From contig CAWDYC010000008.1 in assembly GCA_963806535.1 (NCBI GenBank), positions 139,614 to 203,613 of the forward strand: a stretch of 64,000 bases of DNA. Reading direction: 5' to 3'. Origin of the DNA: Candidatus Bathyarchaeota archaeon (lineage in GTDB: Archaea > Thermoproteota > Bathyarchaeia > Bathyarchaeales > Bathycorpusculaceae). Below the pieces are notes generated by a model. The model saw only the letters and a list, made by a program, of their open reading frames with translations, was not told where the DNA came from and ran no database searches. Below, piece by piece: positions 52,594-64,000 of the stretch (within the stretch, counting starts at the first letter, position 1; each line of letters starts with the position of its first letter). A program made the translations under genes and the position numbers.

Positions 52594-54215
52594 CTAGCTG
52601 GAAACTGAATTGTGAATTTGGCGCCTTTGCCCTCTTGACTTTCAAAACATATGGTGCCGCCATGCGCTTCAATAACCCGTTTGCAGACCGCTAAGCCAAA
52701 TCCTTGTCCACGTGGTTTTGTGGTGAATAAGGGCGTGAATATTTGAGGCTTAATTTTTTCCGGTATTCCTACTCCCGTGTCCACTACCATTACGGATACA
52801 GGTCCCTCGGGTGTAACTTGGGATTTTACCTTTAGGTCTCCGCCGTTGGGCATAGCTTGCACTGCATTAGTTACTAAGTTAATTAGAACTCTTTTCACAA
52901 GTTGCGGGTCGGCCTTTATTTCAGGAAAATCATCGTCCATTTCTGTTTGAACTGAAATATTTACTGGAATACAAATCGATGATATTACGTGATCGACAAT
53001 TTCCTTGAGGTTGACAGGTTTTTTATCTATTTTGATGGGGCGAACGAAAGCTTGCAAGTCAGAGACAATTTTGTCCATGTAAATTGCTTGTTCTTCGATA
53101 GTTTGCATGCTTTCTTTCAAATTTCGCTTGAATTCACTTTCAGAAAGCGATTCAACCTCGATTTTAGCCAAGTACAATTCGCCCGCTATGGTTTGAAGTG
53201 GATTACGAAGGTCATGGCCCACCATACCTGCGGTTTGACCAATAGTTGCTAAACGTTCAGAATCTTTAAGCTGCTTCGTACGTTCTTCAATTAAGTCCTG
53301 CAACATTCCAGCATGCCGCTCAAGGTTTTTCTGACGCTCCTTCTGCTCAGAAATATCTCGAACGATCGACCATATCCCAATTACTTTTCCTTTACCATCT
53401 GTTAACCGCCAAGTTCTAACTGAAGCAGGAAAAATCGAGTTGTCCTTACGTCTGTATTCTCTCTCAAAAAGGATTGAGCGACCAGTTTGCAAGACTTTGT
53501 TAACGATTTTTTCCCGCTGATCTAACCATTTCTCAGGAACCAAAGACTGAACGGAGAGACGCCTTAACTCCTTTTTTGAGTAACCAAGCATTTTAGCGTA
53601 AGCTTTGTTGCAATCAATCATCCGTCCCTGGAGATCTCGTGCCATTATTCCATCTTGGGTTGTCTCGTAGAGTCTGCGATATTTTGTTTCTGAAATGAAA
53701 AGCGCTTGTGCCCATCTTTTCCGATCCTCAAAATCTTCGGCATTTTTCTTTTTTTGTTCAGTTACATCCATAAAAACTGAAATAATAAAGTCTTTTTTCG
53801 GTTGGTAAGCGTAAACTTGATACCGTTTGTTCTGAGATGTTCCGTACGTTTCAAAATATTGCGGCTTGCCAGTTCTATCTACTTTTCGGTAAATGTCAAT
53901 CAAGTTTGCAGATTTATTTTTTAATTTAGTGATAAACTGCTTTTCTTGTTTTCCTAAATGGCGTTTATTGAACGCGTGAATTTCATTATAGGCGTTGTTA
54001 CTCTCAAGAAGGATCAAGTCACTTGGATTACCGAAGTTATCATAAACCATTTTGAGCAAGGCAACGCCTTGAGGCAGATTATCAAACAAAATTCGGAATT
54101 GTTGACTACTTATTCCTAACTCTTCAAGCGACTTTCTTTGTATATCGCTCTCGGCTTTGTTAAAGGAAGTAGTTTTTGGAGAATTTATTAATGGAGAAAT
54201 CTGTTTTTTTGGCAT
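52590..54215 (-). CDS. PAS-PAS sensor histidine kinase
   Basis: Two PAS domains; AGMVGHDLRNPLQ, NLVTNAVQAM, DTGVGI, GQGFGL. Confidence 0.94.
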   Translation of the reverse strand: MPKKQISPLINSPKTTSFNKAESDIQRKSLEELGISSQQFRILFDNLPQGVALLKMVYDNFGNPSDLILLESNNAYNEIHAFNKRHLGKQEKQFITKLKNKSANLIDIYRKVDRTGKPQYFETYGTSQNKRYQVYAYQPKKDFIISVFMDVTEQKKKNAEDFEDRKRWAQALFISETKYRRLYETTQDGIMARDLQGRMIDCNKAYAKMLGYSKKELRRLSVQSLVPEKWLDQREKIVNKVLQTGRSILFEREYRRKDNSIFPASVRTWRLTDGKGKVIGIWSIVRDISEQKERQKNLERHAGMLQDLIEERTKQLKDSERLATIGQTAGMVGHDLRNPLQTIAGELYLAKIEVESLSESEFKRNLKESMQTIEEQAIYMDKIVSDLQAFVRPIKIDKKPVNLKEIVDHVISSICIPVNISVQTEMDDDFPEIKADPQLVKRVLINLVTNAVQAMPNGGDLKVKSQVTPEGPVSVMVVDTGVGIPEKIKPQIFTPLFTTKPRGQGFGLAVCKRVIEAHGGTICFESQEGKGAKFTIQFPAS

Positions 54216-54353
54216 TAACTGAGCAACATCGATAGATTTTGCTATCTTATTACTCCCCTAACAGCTGCCCCAACATTACTTATTATTGAGCAAAGAGCAT
54301 AAAAGACTTTCCAATATCTCATGTATTAATAAAAGTGTTCAACTTGTAATCAA

Positions 54354-55298
54354 CTATGAAAGTTTTAATTTTGAATCTTCAAAATCTAAGCCTATTGAAT
54401 AATTGAATATTCCGCTGTTAGGATTTAATGAATAATTTAATCCTGCCCATGAAAACCGGCGTCTTGTGTTTTCCCAGCCTCTGAAAAGTCTGGCTTTTTT
54501 AGTTTTTTGCAGGCAAAATGTTATTTGCTTTTTGCTACTTACCATGAATGCTTTGTTAGCAGTAACTGGATCCCATCCGCCGATTTTGGTCCCTAATAGT
54601 CTTAAGCCGCTCGAATCAACGTATTTGTCAAAAATATTTGAGCCTTGTTCATTAAGAACTAAAAGCTCTTCACAGTCGTCTAAAATTAAGCCTGAAAAGT
54701 CAACACTGACCTTTATACCTACATGTTGAATTTCATAATTTACCGATACTGTACCTTTAGGTTTAACTTTTTGGAATTCTGTTTTTATTTTTGCTGCGTT
54801 CCGCAAAATCATAACATTGTTGAAAAGTGGTGAAGCATTTTTGTGTTTTAAATATAGTTTTGCGAAAGTTTTTCGCGCCATTGAGTAGACGTCATCGTCT
54901 ATATAGGTCGAACGCCAAAATTTTTTCCGTGAAATAGCATCCATTACAAATGTTTTCTTCACAGAATAGATTGATTGATTTTTTTGAGTTTCAACATTGG
55001 CGGAGCTGGAAAAATAGGTTTTATCCTCATATTTAGCAACTGGAACTCCAAACCCCATTCCTTCTTCAATTACTTCTTGGTTATCGAGCATTAGTACCAG
55101 ACCTTTGTGAAGTGGCGCTGTTTCCATGCAATGTGGGCGAGAGTCAGCGTATAGTCTAGCTGATAACCTGTCGCTAAGGGAAACGGTAATAGGTTTCTGA
55201 AGATTATCCGAACCCAACTTTACGGTTGTGGTAAGAGAATTCACGTTTACACCTTTCACTTGTTCTTGAAAGAGAAATTTCGTTTTTTTATTTGGCAT
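54354..55298 (-). CDS. Hypothetical protein
   Basis: 314-aa ORF; no family recognised. Confidence 0.7.
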   Translation of the reverse strand: MPNKKTKFLFQEQVKGVNVNSLTTTVKLGSDNLQKPITVSLSDRLSARLYADSRPHCMETAPLHKGLVLMLDNQEVIEEGMGFGVPVAKYEDKTYFSSSANVETQKNQSIYSVKKTFVMDAISRKKFWRSTYIDDDVYSMARKTFAKLYLKHKNASPLFNNVMILRNAAKIKTEFQKVKPKGTVSVNYEIQHVGIKVSVDFSGLILDDCEELLVLNEQGSNIFDKYVDSSGLRLLGTKIGGWDPVTANKAFMVSSKKQITFCLQKTKKARLFRGWENTRRRFSWAGLNYSLNPNSGIFNYSIGLDFEDSKLKLS

Positions 55299-55524
55299 TT
55301 TTTCGTGATGGTCATAAACTCAATATTTAATAGATATGATTACTTGACATTGAGTGGTTATAAACTAGCTTGTTACTTGCAAACGCTTAAAATCATAGCA
55401 AAAAATCGAGCTAAAGCTTGTGAGTCGGTTTAGCTAATTCTCCCAAGGAACTAATTTTAGAAAAACTTTTCCAGACAAAGTTGATTAGAATGAAAACGAT
55501 AAATCAGGAAGGAGAAAATAGGGA

Positions 55525-56713
55525 TTGAATTTTTTCAGTTTTATATGGGTCATTTGGCTGTTTGGTATTCCAATTTATTACGCGTTGGCTTATGAGATTA
55601 TAAGATACAGAAAGGTATTTGTTAAGAAAAAATTTGTGCCTATTAATCCAAAAAGAATGATTTTTCAGATAACCACGATAGGCAACATGGAAATTGTGCA
55701 AGAGTCGATCGATAACATTAATCGAATTTGTAGAGAAGTGGGATATAGCAATTATCGTGTTGATGTAGTTTCGGAAGTGAATGAGAGTTTTGATGGTGCT
55801 GAAACAATAACTGTTCCTCTTAATTATTCAACGTTAAATCATGCCAAATACAAAGCTAGAGCACTACAATATGCAGTTGAGCAAAGAGAGAAAAAAGGAG
55901 AAAATACGAGTGACATATGGATATACCATCTTGACGATGAATCAATGATTACTAAGCAAGGTCTCTTGTCAATTCTAGATCATGCAGATAATAACCGTGA
56001 GCCAATAGCAGAAGGATTGATCACTTACCCAAATAAAATCAATGTCGGAAGCAAACTTGTCAAATATTTAGATGCAGTCAAGACCTACATTTTGTTATAC
56101 ATGCGTTGCAATGTTAAAATCAAAAGGAAAACCTGATTGGCTACACGGTTCAAATCTACTTCTAAGAGCAGATATTGAAAAAAATATTGGCTGGGATTTC
56201 CCAGACACTTGCGCAGAAGACAGTTTGTTTGGCTATGTAGCACATAAGAAATACGGAGGAATCTTTGGTTGGCACGGAGGGGTTCTTGAAGAACAATCAC
56301 CATTAACGTTTTCAGACTTCATTAAGCAAAGACAAAGATGGATAAAAGGAACTTTTGAAAATTTAGGTAGAATGGGAATGAAGGAAAAAGCAAAAACAAC
56401 ATACAGAATGGTAAGTTGGTTTTTGGGATCGGTGAGTTTTTTCACATTAATACCTTCTTTTCTGATAACTCAGTATTATCCTCTGAATCTGGGTTGGTTA
56501 CTGGCTCCATTCTTTGTTTTAGACACAATTATTCTGTTTGCCGTTTATCAAATAGGATTGGAGATGAACTTCGCCAAAGTTGGTAAGAAACAAAGGATTT
56601 TTGAACACATCAAAATTTTTGTGTTATCTCCTATTCTTTGGTTTCTAGAAGCAATTCCTATGGCTTTATATTTCTTCAAAAGAGCAACAAATTTCTATGT
56701 TATTAAAAAATAG
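55525..56713 (+). CDS. Family 2 glycosyltransferase (Egghead/BRE-3-like), frameshift near 56080
   Basis: YKARALQY, WIYHLDDES, GLITY, HGS, AED..FG, EQSP....DFIKQRQRW..G. Confidence 0.85.
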
Positions 56714-56871
56714 GCAGAAATTAAATGATGTGTAAAACAATATTGCATTTCGTCCTCATTTATTGTTTGACTTAGTTGTTTTTGATCAATATTGTTAGAT
56801 TTTACTATTTGATTTCTTTTGAAGCAAAAAAATTAAGAATAACAAAGCGCTTATTGTAAAAAGGAGAGAGT

Positions 56872-57604
56872 TTGCTAAATAGTCTGAAAAAGACAACCTT
56901 GAGTAATGTTATTGGAATTTTGCATTACATAGCGATTATTTCGATGATTTTTCTCTTTACTTATTCTCTTTTTGCATGGTTGCGCACTTCGGATGTGTGG
57001 GTTTGGAGACATTTTTTGGAGCTCTTGGATGACTTTCGCCTTAGTATACTTAGGAGTAGCTGCTTTTCTTCGGATAAAACGTGTACCTATCACAGAAAGT
57101 TTCGTAATCTCACTCACCAGCACAATCTCGATGATTTGGTTTTATGAAATTTTGTACCATTTCTCATTTTGGGATTCCTGGAATTATGGAAACCCTCCGT
57201 ATTTCTTTCTAAAAATGAATATTAATTTCATAGATTACGGATTAATCTCGCTAAGTGCTGTATCTGGATACAAATACATGAAAGCTAGCAAGTGGTTCTG
57301 GCTCGTTCTCCTCGCTATGGCAGCTTTGTGGATTTTCTGGATAATGATAGGTTTTCCACAACTTACATTTCCAAAAGAACTTTATAATTTCTTTCTGCCA
57401 AGAATAGTCATTGACAATCCACACGCCTTAGCTTATCCTCTAAACTCAATAACGAAGTTCCTACTAGGGCAGCATACGTTCTTCTTTACTTACCAAATAG
57501 GCAACAATTCTCCGAAACTAAAGAATATTTTAAACGTTTTCTTGCAAAGAGAAACTTTTCTAAATAATCCTGACTACTCAGAAACTCTCAAATTGAATAG
57601 CTGA
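56872..57604 (+). CDS. Hypothetical polytopic membrane protein, frameshifted
   Basis: Two overlapping hydrophobic ORFs (56872-57147, 56972-57604). Confidence 0.6.
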
Positions 57605-57765
57605 TCTTTCAAAAGAACAGCTTGAAGTCTCAAATAAAACGAGTACATTTTGCGCAATAGTAGTGTATTTTTAATACTTGTTTTTCCATAAAGATTTAAT
57701 GATGAATGTAAACGCAAGCAAAAACAAGAAATATTAATATCGCATTAACAATTGCTTTAATTTCG

Positions 57766-58698
57766 GTGATAACAACAGCTTTCTTTTTAACGAGTGGTTT
57801 CTCACAAGCAAATTTAAAAATGAACACTGAAGAAATTGTTAACCAAAATCTGAAACAATCATTATTCCCATCAAGCACAACAACCATCAATGAAACAAAC
57901 AGTTTGAATGCTACTAATTCTTTCAATAACTACTCTTCTGCGCCGCTCAAAACGGATTCTGTTTCGTTAAACACCTTAAACTCCACCACGTATGAACACT
58001 TGGACATGACCGGTTTCTTTTTCTTATCTCTAGATAGCGCAGGTCAGGGTCAAATAGTGGGAAAGGCCCCAAATAGCAACTCTTATGCACCACTTACTGC
58101 GGCTCTCATTTCTTTAGATGCCTCAAAATTTGTCACGTATACATATGGCGGTTATCCCGTTCAACAACCAGATTCGACCCAATTCAATTTTTCTTTTCCT
58201 GATAACACCAATCAAAGCCAATTAGCCGGATCAGACGCCTTAGCATGGAATTTTTACGTAATTCAAAAGATGGACTTTGACGCAGCGTTCATCTCACCCA
58301 AACTTAGCGCACTTGGATTCGATGAAATGGCAATTTTTGCAGCGTCAAATACAAGCACCTATAAGGGAACGGAATTTGGCATAAGAATGGACCTAAAGGA
58401 TGGTTGTATATACGGATATGTACAAGAACCAAATGGCAACATTGGAGAAGTTAATTTTAAGATGATAGAGCTTATGCCCAACGATGGAATAATGCATCAT
58501 TATACCATATTGATGCTAGGCTCAGGAGTGTCCTTTTTAATTGATGGAATAGATTATGGTTATTTGAATTTTACCAACAACACGGACTATTCTAATCTTG
58601 GCTTTTCAATATGTGCCGTTGTGCACAGATTTACTGATGGCTGGGATTCAAACGGAGACAATATGTTAGCAGGAAACTTCTCCCTGAATCAACAATAA
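57766..58698 (+). CDS. Secreted beta-rich hypothetical protein
   Basis: N-terminal hydrophobic segment, Asn/Ser/Thr-rich linker, LamG-like HHYTI...FLIDG; start uncertain. Confidence 0.65.
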   Translation: MITTAFFLTSGFSQANLKMNTEEIVNQNLKQSLFPSSTTTINETNSLNATNSFNNYSSAPLKTDSVSLNTLNSTTYEHLDMTGFFFLSLDSAGQGQIVGKAPNSNSYAPLTAALISLDASKFVTYTYGGYPVQQPDSTQFNFSFPDNTNQSQLAGSDALAWNFYVIQKMDFDAAFISPKLSALGFDEMAIFAASNTSTYKGTEFGIRMDLKDGCIYGYVQEPNGNIGEVNFKMIELMPNDGIMHHYTILMLGSGVSFLIDGIDYGYLNFTNNTDYSNLGFSICAVVHRFTDGWDSNGDNMLAGNFSLNQQ

Positions 58699-58717
58699 AG
58701 AAACCGAATAATTATTT

Positions 58718-59980
58718 TCACGATTTGCCTTTTGAATTTTTCTCGCGATTTAACATCTTAATTACTAGTCTCCAAGCAAAAACCTGCCATATAACAACGA
58801 TTATGAACCGGGCAATAAGTCTCCAGAATCGTATCTGCAGATCAACCTGAACCAGCGTTGGTATTATTGAGGGTTGAACAAGGAAAAACAGTTGCGCAAA
58901 AGATGTGTTAAGAAATAGAAATATAAGAGGAAATATCCATAGAAATGCAAAATTGCGGAAATTCCATTCTTTTACCGTTAAAGCTAACAATGCAAGAGAA
59001 ATTACCAAGTTAAGGTTTGGTTCAGATATCCATGTGCGGGTGAGGAAAAAAATCAAAAGCAAAGCTACTGATGCTTTTGCTAAGTCATTGAATGTTTTGG
59101 GGGGGTTACGGTAAACAAAGTAGTAGCCGATTAGCAATGCGGGTATCCAGAGGTAACCTAGAAAGTCAAAGCCTGCAGGCAAACTTGTTGTATTTGTAAA
59201 AATTTCGACCGCGTTGAAAAGTGTCATGCCACCAGCCATTCTGAAGTAGGCGGTTAACTGGAAATTTGACGAAGGCACCATCCAGTGGAGCAAGTAAAAA
59301 GGCACAAACCACAAAGAGAGCAACACGAGTATAGCGACCAGAAGGTATATGGCTATTTTTTTTATTTTTTCGGTTGGGTAGCAGAGAAATGGTAAGCCAA
59401 CAAGGGGAACGGCTATGGGTTTCAAAACTAAACTAAGCGAAAGCAGCAACGATGATTTTCCAACCATGCATTTGCTTAGAAAGTAAAGCGAGGCGACACA
59501 CAGAAGTGCGATTAGAGTATCAAATTCTCCCCATGCAGCCGTTGTCAGCAAGATAAATGGGTTGAAAAGCAAAAAGAGAAATGCCATGTTAATTTTCTTT
59601 TCAGGTTCGCCAAATCGCTGCATCACAGTTTTTACAACATATGCTAAGCCTATGTTGCTGGCGATTACTGGAATTTTTATGGCGAAGTTGTAGAGGAAAA
59701 TGTTTGGTAAAATATTGTAAGTTAGTCGATAAATTAATCCAAGAAGCAGAGGCCAAAGCGGTGGATAGCCTATAATGGGATTAATTCCGATTAGGTCTGG
59801 GTTAGAGAAAATCGTAATTGAATGTGGTTGGTATGGATTTAAGCCTGCACTTACCAAGTATCCTGTATCAATGAATGATCTTTCATCATAGTAATGTCCG
59901 AGAAAAATGGCTAAGGGCACCTGTATCAGGATGCTTAAAAGAACCATTAGAATTTCTCGGCTAACGTGAATTTTGCGCAT
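58718..59980 (-). CDS. GT-C fold (GT87/PIG-M-like) membrane glycosyltransferase
   Basis: GHYYD, YPPLW, IKIP, LFNPF....A.WGEFD, LK motif; polytopic. Confidence 0.8.
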   Translation of the reverse strand: MRKIHVSREILMVLLSILIQVPLAIFLGHYYDERSFIDTGYLVSAGLNPYQPHSITIFSNPDLIGINPIIGYPPLWPLLLGLIYRLTYNILPNIFLYNFAIKIPVIASNIGLAYVVKTVMQRFGEPEKKINMAFLFLLFNPFILLTTAAWGEFDTLIALLCVASLYFLSKCMVGKSSLLLSLSLVLKPIAVPLVGLPFLCYPTEKIKKIAIYLLVAILVLLSLWFVPFYLLHWMVPSSNFQLTAYFRMAGGMTLFNAVEIFTNTTSLPAGFDFLGYLWIPALLIGYYFVYRNPPKTFNDLAKASVALLLIFFLTRTWISEPNLNLVISLALLALTVKEWNFRNFAFLWIFPLIFLFLNTSFAQLFFLVQPSIIPTLVQVDLQIRFWRLIARFIIVVIWQVFAWRLVIKMLNREKNSKGKS

Positions 59981-60177
59981 AAATTTTCCCAAAAACTTAT
60001 TTCGTAAGTAGCAGGGGCTTGAATAAAAGTTAATCAAGCAAGTATATATAAAATATAGTGCTGCCGCAGATTTAGAGCTAAGCTGCCAAAGAAAAATTGT
60101 GTTTTTTAGGCAAACTTTGTCTTTTAATTCAGAAATAGTCTTAAAGTTGTCCTGTTGATAGTATTTGCGAAGTTTGT

Positions 60178-61363
60178 ATGCCTACTAATTTGCCGCCTGA
60201 AGCAATGGATAAATGGGAGCTAGTTGAAGCTGCCCACACGCCTAGAGAAAAAATGGATGCCATGATTGAGTTTCTAAAGTATGTTCCACACCATAAAGGC
60301 ACCATGAAACTACGTGGCGAAATGAACAGGAAAATTTCTCTTATCCGCGCAGATTTGGACAAGAAAAAACGCATGGGCACAGGCAAGAGCAGCGGTGGAC
60401 CCAAAATGTTTATTGAAAAGCAGGGTTCAGCACAAGTGGCTTTAATCGGCATGACTAACGTGGGCAAGAGCTGCTTAATGAAGGCAACAACCAATTCAAA
60501 AGTACTAGTTACCCCAACCCCTTACAGCACTCATGAGCCAGTGCCGGGTATAATGACTATACGGACATGTGCAGTTTCAGGTTGTTGAAGCGCCTGCGGT
60601 AATGGAAGGCAGTTCGGATGGACGGGCAGCTGGGCATGTTACACTTGGTTTAGCTCGGAATGCTGACGGCGTAATTTTGATGGTTGATTTGTCCCGTGAC
60701 CCAATTGAACAGCTGAAACTTCTATTGGATGAATTACAGAAAAGCCGTGTTTTGATCAATAAACCTAGTGGTCGCGTAGATATTGAACGTCGACCAGCTG
60801 GCGCCGCGTTACGTATTATTCTTATTGGGAAACTTTTAGATTGTTCAATGCAGGACGTTGAGGATATGCTGCGCAGCTACAAACTAAACGATGCAATAGT
60901 AAAAATCAGCGGCGACATCAGGCTTGACGACGTGGAAGACGCTATTTTTGAAACCACCACTTACAAACCCGCAGTGATTGTAGCGAATAAACTGGATTTG
61001 AAAGGTGCGGAAGTAAACCTGCGTATCTTAAAGAACTATGTAAATGGTAAATTACCTGTAATTGCCATGTCATGTGAGCAGAAAACGGGTCTTAAAGAGT
61101 TGGGACAAGCACTTTTAGAAAGTTTAAAAGTTATTCGGGTTTATACAAAAGATCCTGGATCCAAAGCGGATACAGGCCACCCGTTTGTTATGAAATATGG
61201 GGCGACAATTAACGATTTGGCGCGAAACATTCACAAAGAGATGTTGGAGAATTTTATGTTCGCGATGGTTTGGGCTAAACGTCTACCGTTCAGTCCCAAA
61301 AAAGTCGGGATGAGTTTTGTTTTAGGTGACGGCGATATAGTTGAGATTCACACAAGAGTTTAG
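60178..61363 (+). CDS. DRG/OBG-family GTPase with TGS domain, frameshift near 60565
   Basis: MPTNLPPEA, P.HKGT, GMTNVGKS, NKLD, IRVYTK, LGDGDIVEIH. Confidence 0.92.
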
Positions 61364-61552
61364 CCAAGTTGTAGACAGATTGGTTTAAAAACTAAAGTTG
61401 CAAATAGTTATTAGAGGATTACTACGTTTTCAATTAGTTTACTTGATGTTCTTACTAGAATAAAAGATAACATTGTTGCATTAGACAATAATTTTAACAT
61501 AACATACGTTAACAAAGCCTATGCAGACATTTTCGGATTCGAACAATCAAAT

Positions 61553-62872
61553 ATGATTGGAAAAAACATTTGGCAAATTAATCCAAAAGCTGTTGGATCC
61601 ATCGTATATGATGAAATTAATGAAGCAATGAAAGAGAAGAAAATCAGAGTTTTTGAGTGGGAAGGCGTCTACGCCCAGGGGTTTTGGGAAACCACCATCT
61701 TTCCTTCAGAAAATGGTTTAACAATTGTTAGCAGAGATATCACTAAGCGCAAAAAAGCTGAAGAAGAGCTTTACAAAAACCGTGAATTAATAGAAAGCAT
61801 AATCAACAATTCTGACGCAAGAATCCTAGCTAGAAATCTGGAAGGAAAACTAATACTCGTTAATGATACACTCGCAAAAAGCTACAATCTGACCAAGGAG
61901 AAAGCATTAGGCACGACACTTTATGACGTGTATTCTAAAGATATTGCTGACAAGATTGCTATTTGGGATAGGAAGATCATTACAGAAGGAAAGCCTCTGC
62001 ATTACATTGAAGAATTGCCCTTAAGCGGCAAGCCACGCATCTTAGCCACGAATAAATTTCCTTTACATGACTCTCAAGGACAAATCTACGGCTTAGGCGC
62101 CATCGTAACAGACATCACTGAAATTAAGAAAAATGAACGCAAACTAGAGCAATACAGCAAAAATCTGGAAAAAATCATTGAAGAACGAACCGAACAGCTC
62201 AAAGAAGCTGAACGTTTAGCTGGCATTGGCGAAACTGCACGCATGGTTGGACATGACATCCGCAATCCATTACAAGCAATTGCAGGCGACTTATATTTGA
62301 TTGATAGCGATGTTGCTTCTTTAGCTGAAGATGAAACAAAGAAGAGTTTGCAGGAAAGTGTGAAGAGCATTGAAGATAATTTGATGTATATTGCTAAAAT
62401 TGTTGAGGATTTACAGGACTATGCGAGAGTGATTAAACCAAATTTTGAGAAGGTCAATTTTGGAAAGGCGCTTTCTGAAGTCTTGCTTATTGTGCCAATT
62501 GCCGATAACCTTCAAGTTGAAATCGACATCGAGGAGAATCTTCCTGATTGCACCGCTGATTATTCAATGCTAATACGGGTATTATCCAATTTAGTACATA
62601 ACGCGGTGCAAGCTATGCCAAATGGCGGAACCTTAACCATCAGAGCCTATCGCAAAGACAACTGTGTGTCTTTTTCTGTTGAAGATACAGGAGTTGGAAT
62701 TCCCGAAGAAGTTAAGCCTAAACTGTTCCAGCCGATGTTTACTACAAAAGCAAAAGGGCAAGGCTTAGGTTTAGCCGTTGTTAAGCGGTTGGTTGAAGCG
62801 TTAAAAGGCGACATAACTTTTGAGAGTGAAATTGGCAAAGGAACCAAGTTCATAGTTCACCTTCCATGTTAA
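61553..62872 (+). CDS. PAS-PAS sensor histidine kinase
   Basis: MVGHDIRNPLQ, NAVQAM, DTGVGI, GQGLGL; frame open upstream to 61415, encoding the start of the first PAS. Confidence 0.92.
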   Translation: MIGKNIWQINPKAVGSIVYDEINEAMKEKKIRVFEWEGVYAQGFWETTIFPSENGLTIVSRDITKRKKAEEELYKNRELIESIINNSDARILARNLEGKLILVNDTLAKSYNLTKEKALGTTLYDVYSKDIADKIAIWDRKIITEGKPLHYIEELPLSGKPRILATNKFPLHDSQGQIYGLGAIVTDITEIKKNERKLEQYSKNLEKIIEERTEQLKEAERLAGIGETARMVGHDIRNPLQAIAGDLYLIDSDVASLAEDETKKSLQESVKSIEDNLMYIAKIVEDLQDYARVIKPNFEKVNFGKALSEVLLIVPIADNLQVEIDIEENLPDCTADYSMLIRVLSNLVHNAVQAMPNGGTLTIRAYRKDNCVSFSVEDTGVGIPEEVKPKLFQPMFTTKAKGQGLGLAVVKRLVEALKGDITFESEIGKGTKFIVHLPC

Positions 62873-63247
62873 AAATTTGGTTACCTTCGGAAATTAGGCC
62901 GAAAAGGTATTACACTTGTTTATTTCTTTCTTTGACTTCAAAATACTTTTTGTGTGCGAAAAATGGTATTAAAAGAAAGCAAACAGCTATTATTATTCCC
63001 GCTAAGTTTGTTAAGGAAATCGGACCATATGGCCAAGGGCTTTCTAAAAAGTATACTAAAAAATAAGAGGTAATTCAACGCCCGCGTTTGTTTTTAACAG
63101 TTTGGACAAACGTTCAATATTAGTAGTTTGAGACCAAATATTTTGGAAGTATGAGTTTTCAAGTACATTAACCAGTAAACAAACAGATAGTTTTTTATCT
63201 AACTGTGGCTAGTATCCATGTGAAGAAATATAACAGAGGAATCTTGG

Positions 63248-63523
63248 ATGAGAATTCAACAACCAATTCTCCACTGGAATAACTTTACTATTCCAGAATT
63301 AAAAGAGATTGTACAACATTGTAGGGCTCTAGAGAGACTCGGGATTGCCCAAGATGAAGAAATGATAATCTCAATTGAGAGGGACATCAGCCTGCGAGAG
63401 AAAATAAGCACGCAACGTTTTAAGCCGAAACTCACAAAAATAGAAAAGATTGAAAAACAAAACCTTGCCAAAATAAGCAAAAAAGAGAAGTCACAAGAAT
63501 TCTTTTTGGAACAAACGGCCTAA
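63248..63523 (+). CDS. Small hypothetical protein
   Basis: GAGGA RBS, ATG, 91 aa. Confidence 0.65.
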   Translation: MRIQQPILHWNNFTIPELKEIVQHCRALERLGIAQDEEMIISIERDISLREKISTQRFKPKLTKIEKIEKQNLAKISKKEKSQEFFLEQTA

Positions 63524-63689
63524 CAATTGAAAAAGCCGACTTCGAGTCACTCTTCTATTCTCTAAGCAAGAGGCAAGCATGAAAGCCCTTTTCTCAGATT
63601 TGAATTTGGTTTTCATGATTTCATCAAATAATTTGGAGTCTGGAATTTTTAACAAGTTTTAAATCTGAATCGCTTTAAAATAGGCTAAC

Positions 63690-64000
63690 ATGACAAAAAG
63701 ATTCACAGCCATCATAATCGTAGCCAACATGATAATGGCCTTGTTTCTATATCTGTCCAGTCAATTAGTGCTCTTTGACCTCAATTCGCCACCGCAAAAC
63801 CCAATAACATTAGCTGGATTTAACCTTCTCACAATTTACTTGCAGCCTCCGCAGGTTGGCTCTGGAGTTATTTTGCCTATTGTTTGGGGGATACCTAACT
63901 ACCCGATCTATCCTTTTGCAATCTTTTTGGTGGTGAACGCTTGTTTCATAATTTTGTTGCTAAGAAGCAAAGAAACAGATGTTAAATTAAAAGAAGAATA
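63690..64000 (+). CDS. Small membrane protein running to the window end
   Basis: MTKRFTAIIIVANMIMALF...IPNYPIYPFAIFLVVN open to position 64000. Confidence 0.6.
   Translation, partial: MTKRFTAIIIVANMIMALFLYLSSQLVLFDLNSPPQNPITLAGFNLLTIYLQPPQVGSGVILPIVWGIPNYPIYPFAIFLVVNACFIILLLRSKETDVKLKEE

Noticed and set aside
25322-60600. Frameshifts in ABC permease, DUF998, DUF763, ino1, GT2, a membrane protein and the DRG GTPase as programmed frameshifting or pseudogenisation
   Set aside because: Most resolve as one extra base, often in a short run, with no shared slippery motif or downstream decay, and they hit conserved genes. Sequencing or assembly indels are the simplest explanation; read mapping would settle it.

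Overview
This is an archaeal chromosomal window, most likely from Bathyarchaeia. That assignment is inferred from fibrillarin/Nop5, BHB-type tRNA introns, the P-stalk protein, the 'GLLVYFKKHK' membrane tails and the expanded 'AGMVGHDIRNPLQ' PAS histidine kinases. Housekeeping content includes galT, glycogen debranching enzyme, DUF89, tpiA, TrmB, rnhB, flpA-nop5, pyrB, mdh, rpl12, inositol-1-P synthase, a DRG GTPase, three ABC systems, four histidine kinases, a glycosyltransferase cluster, tRNA-Trp (two introns) and tRNA-Ala (with a decayed integrated element). Three observations stand out. (1) A winged-HTH + ATP-cone + class III ribonucleotide-reductase-fold protein lacks the recognisable radical residues and may be a nucleotide-sensing pseudoenzyme regulator. 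(2) A dispersed non-coding element occurs four times, made of a conserved ~61-bp G/T-rich leader followed at a fixed distance by a phased array of GT-initiated 10-mers whose unit differs between copies. (3) An inserted three-gene cassette encodes a 2TM + PLD-fold putative sensor, an SIS sugar-phosphate isomerase and a divergent DUF89 phosphatase. Several genes are split by apparent single-base indels, probably assembly errors. All family assignments come from motif recognition by eye; no searches were run.
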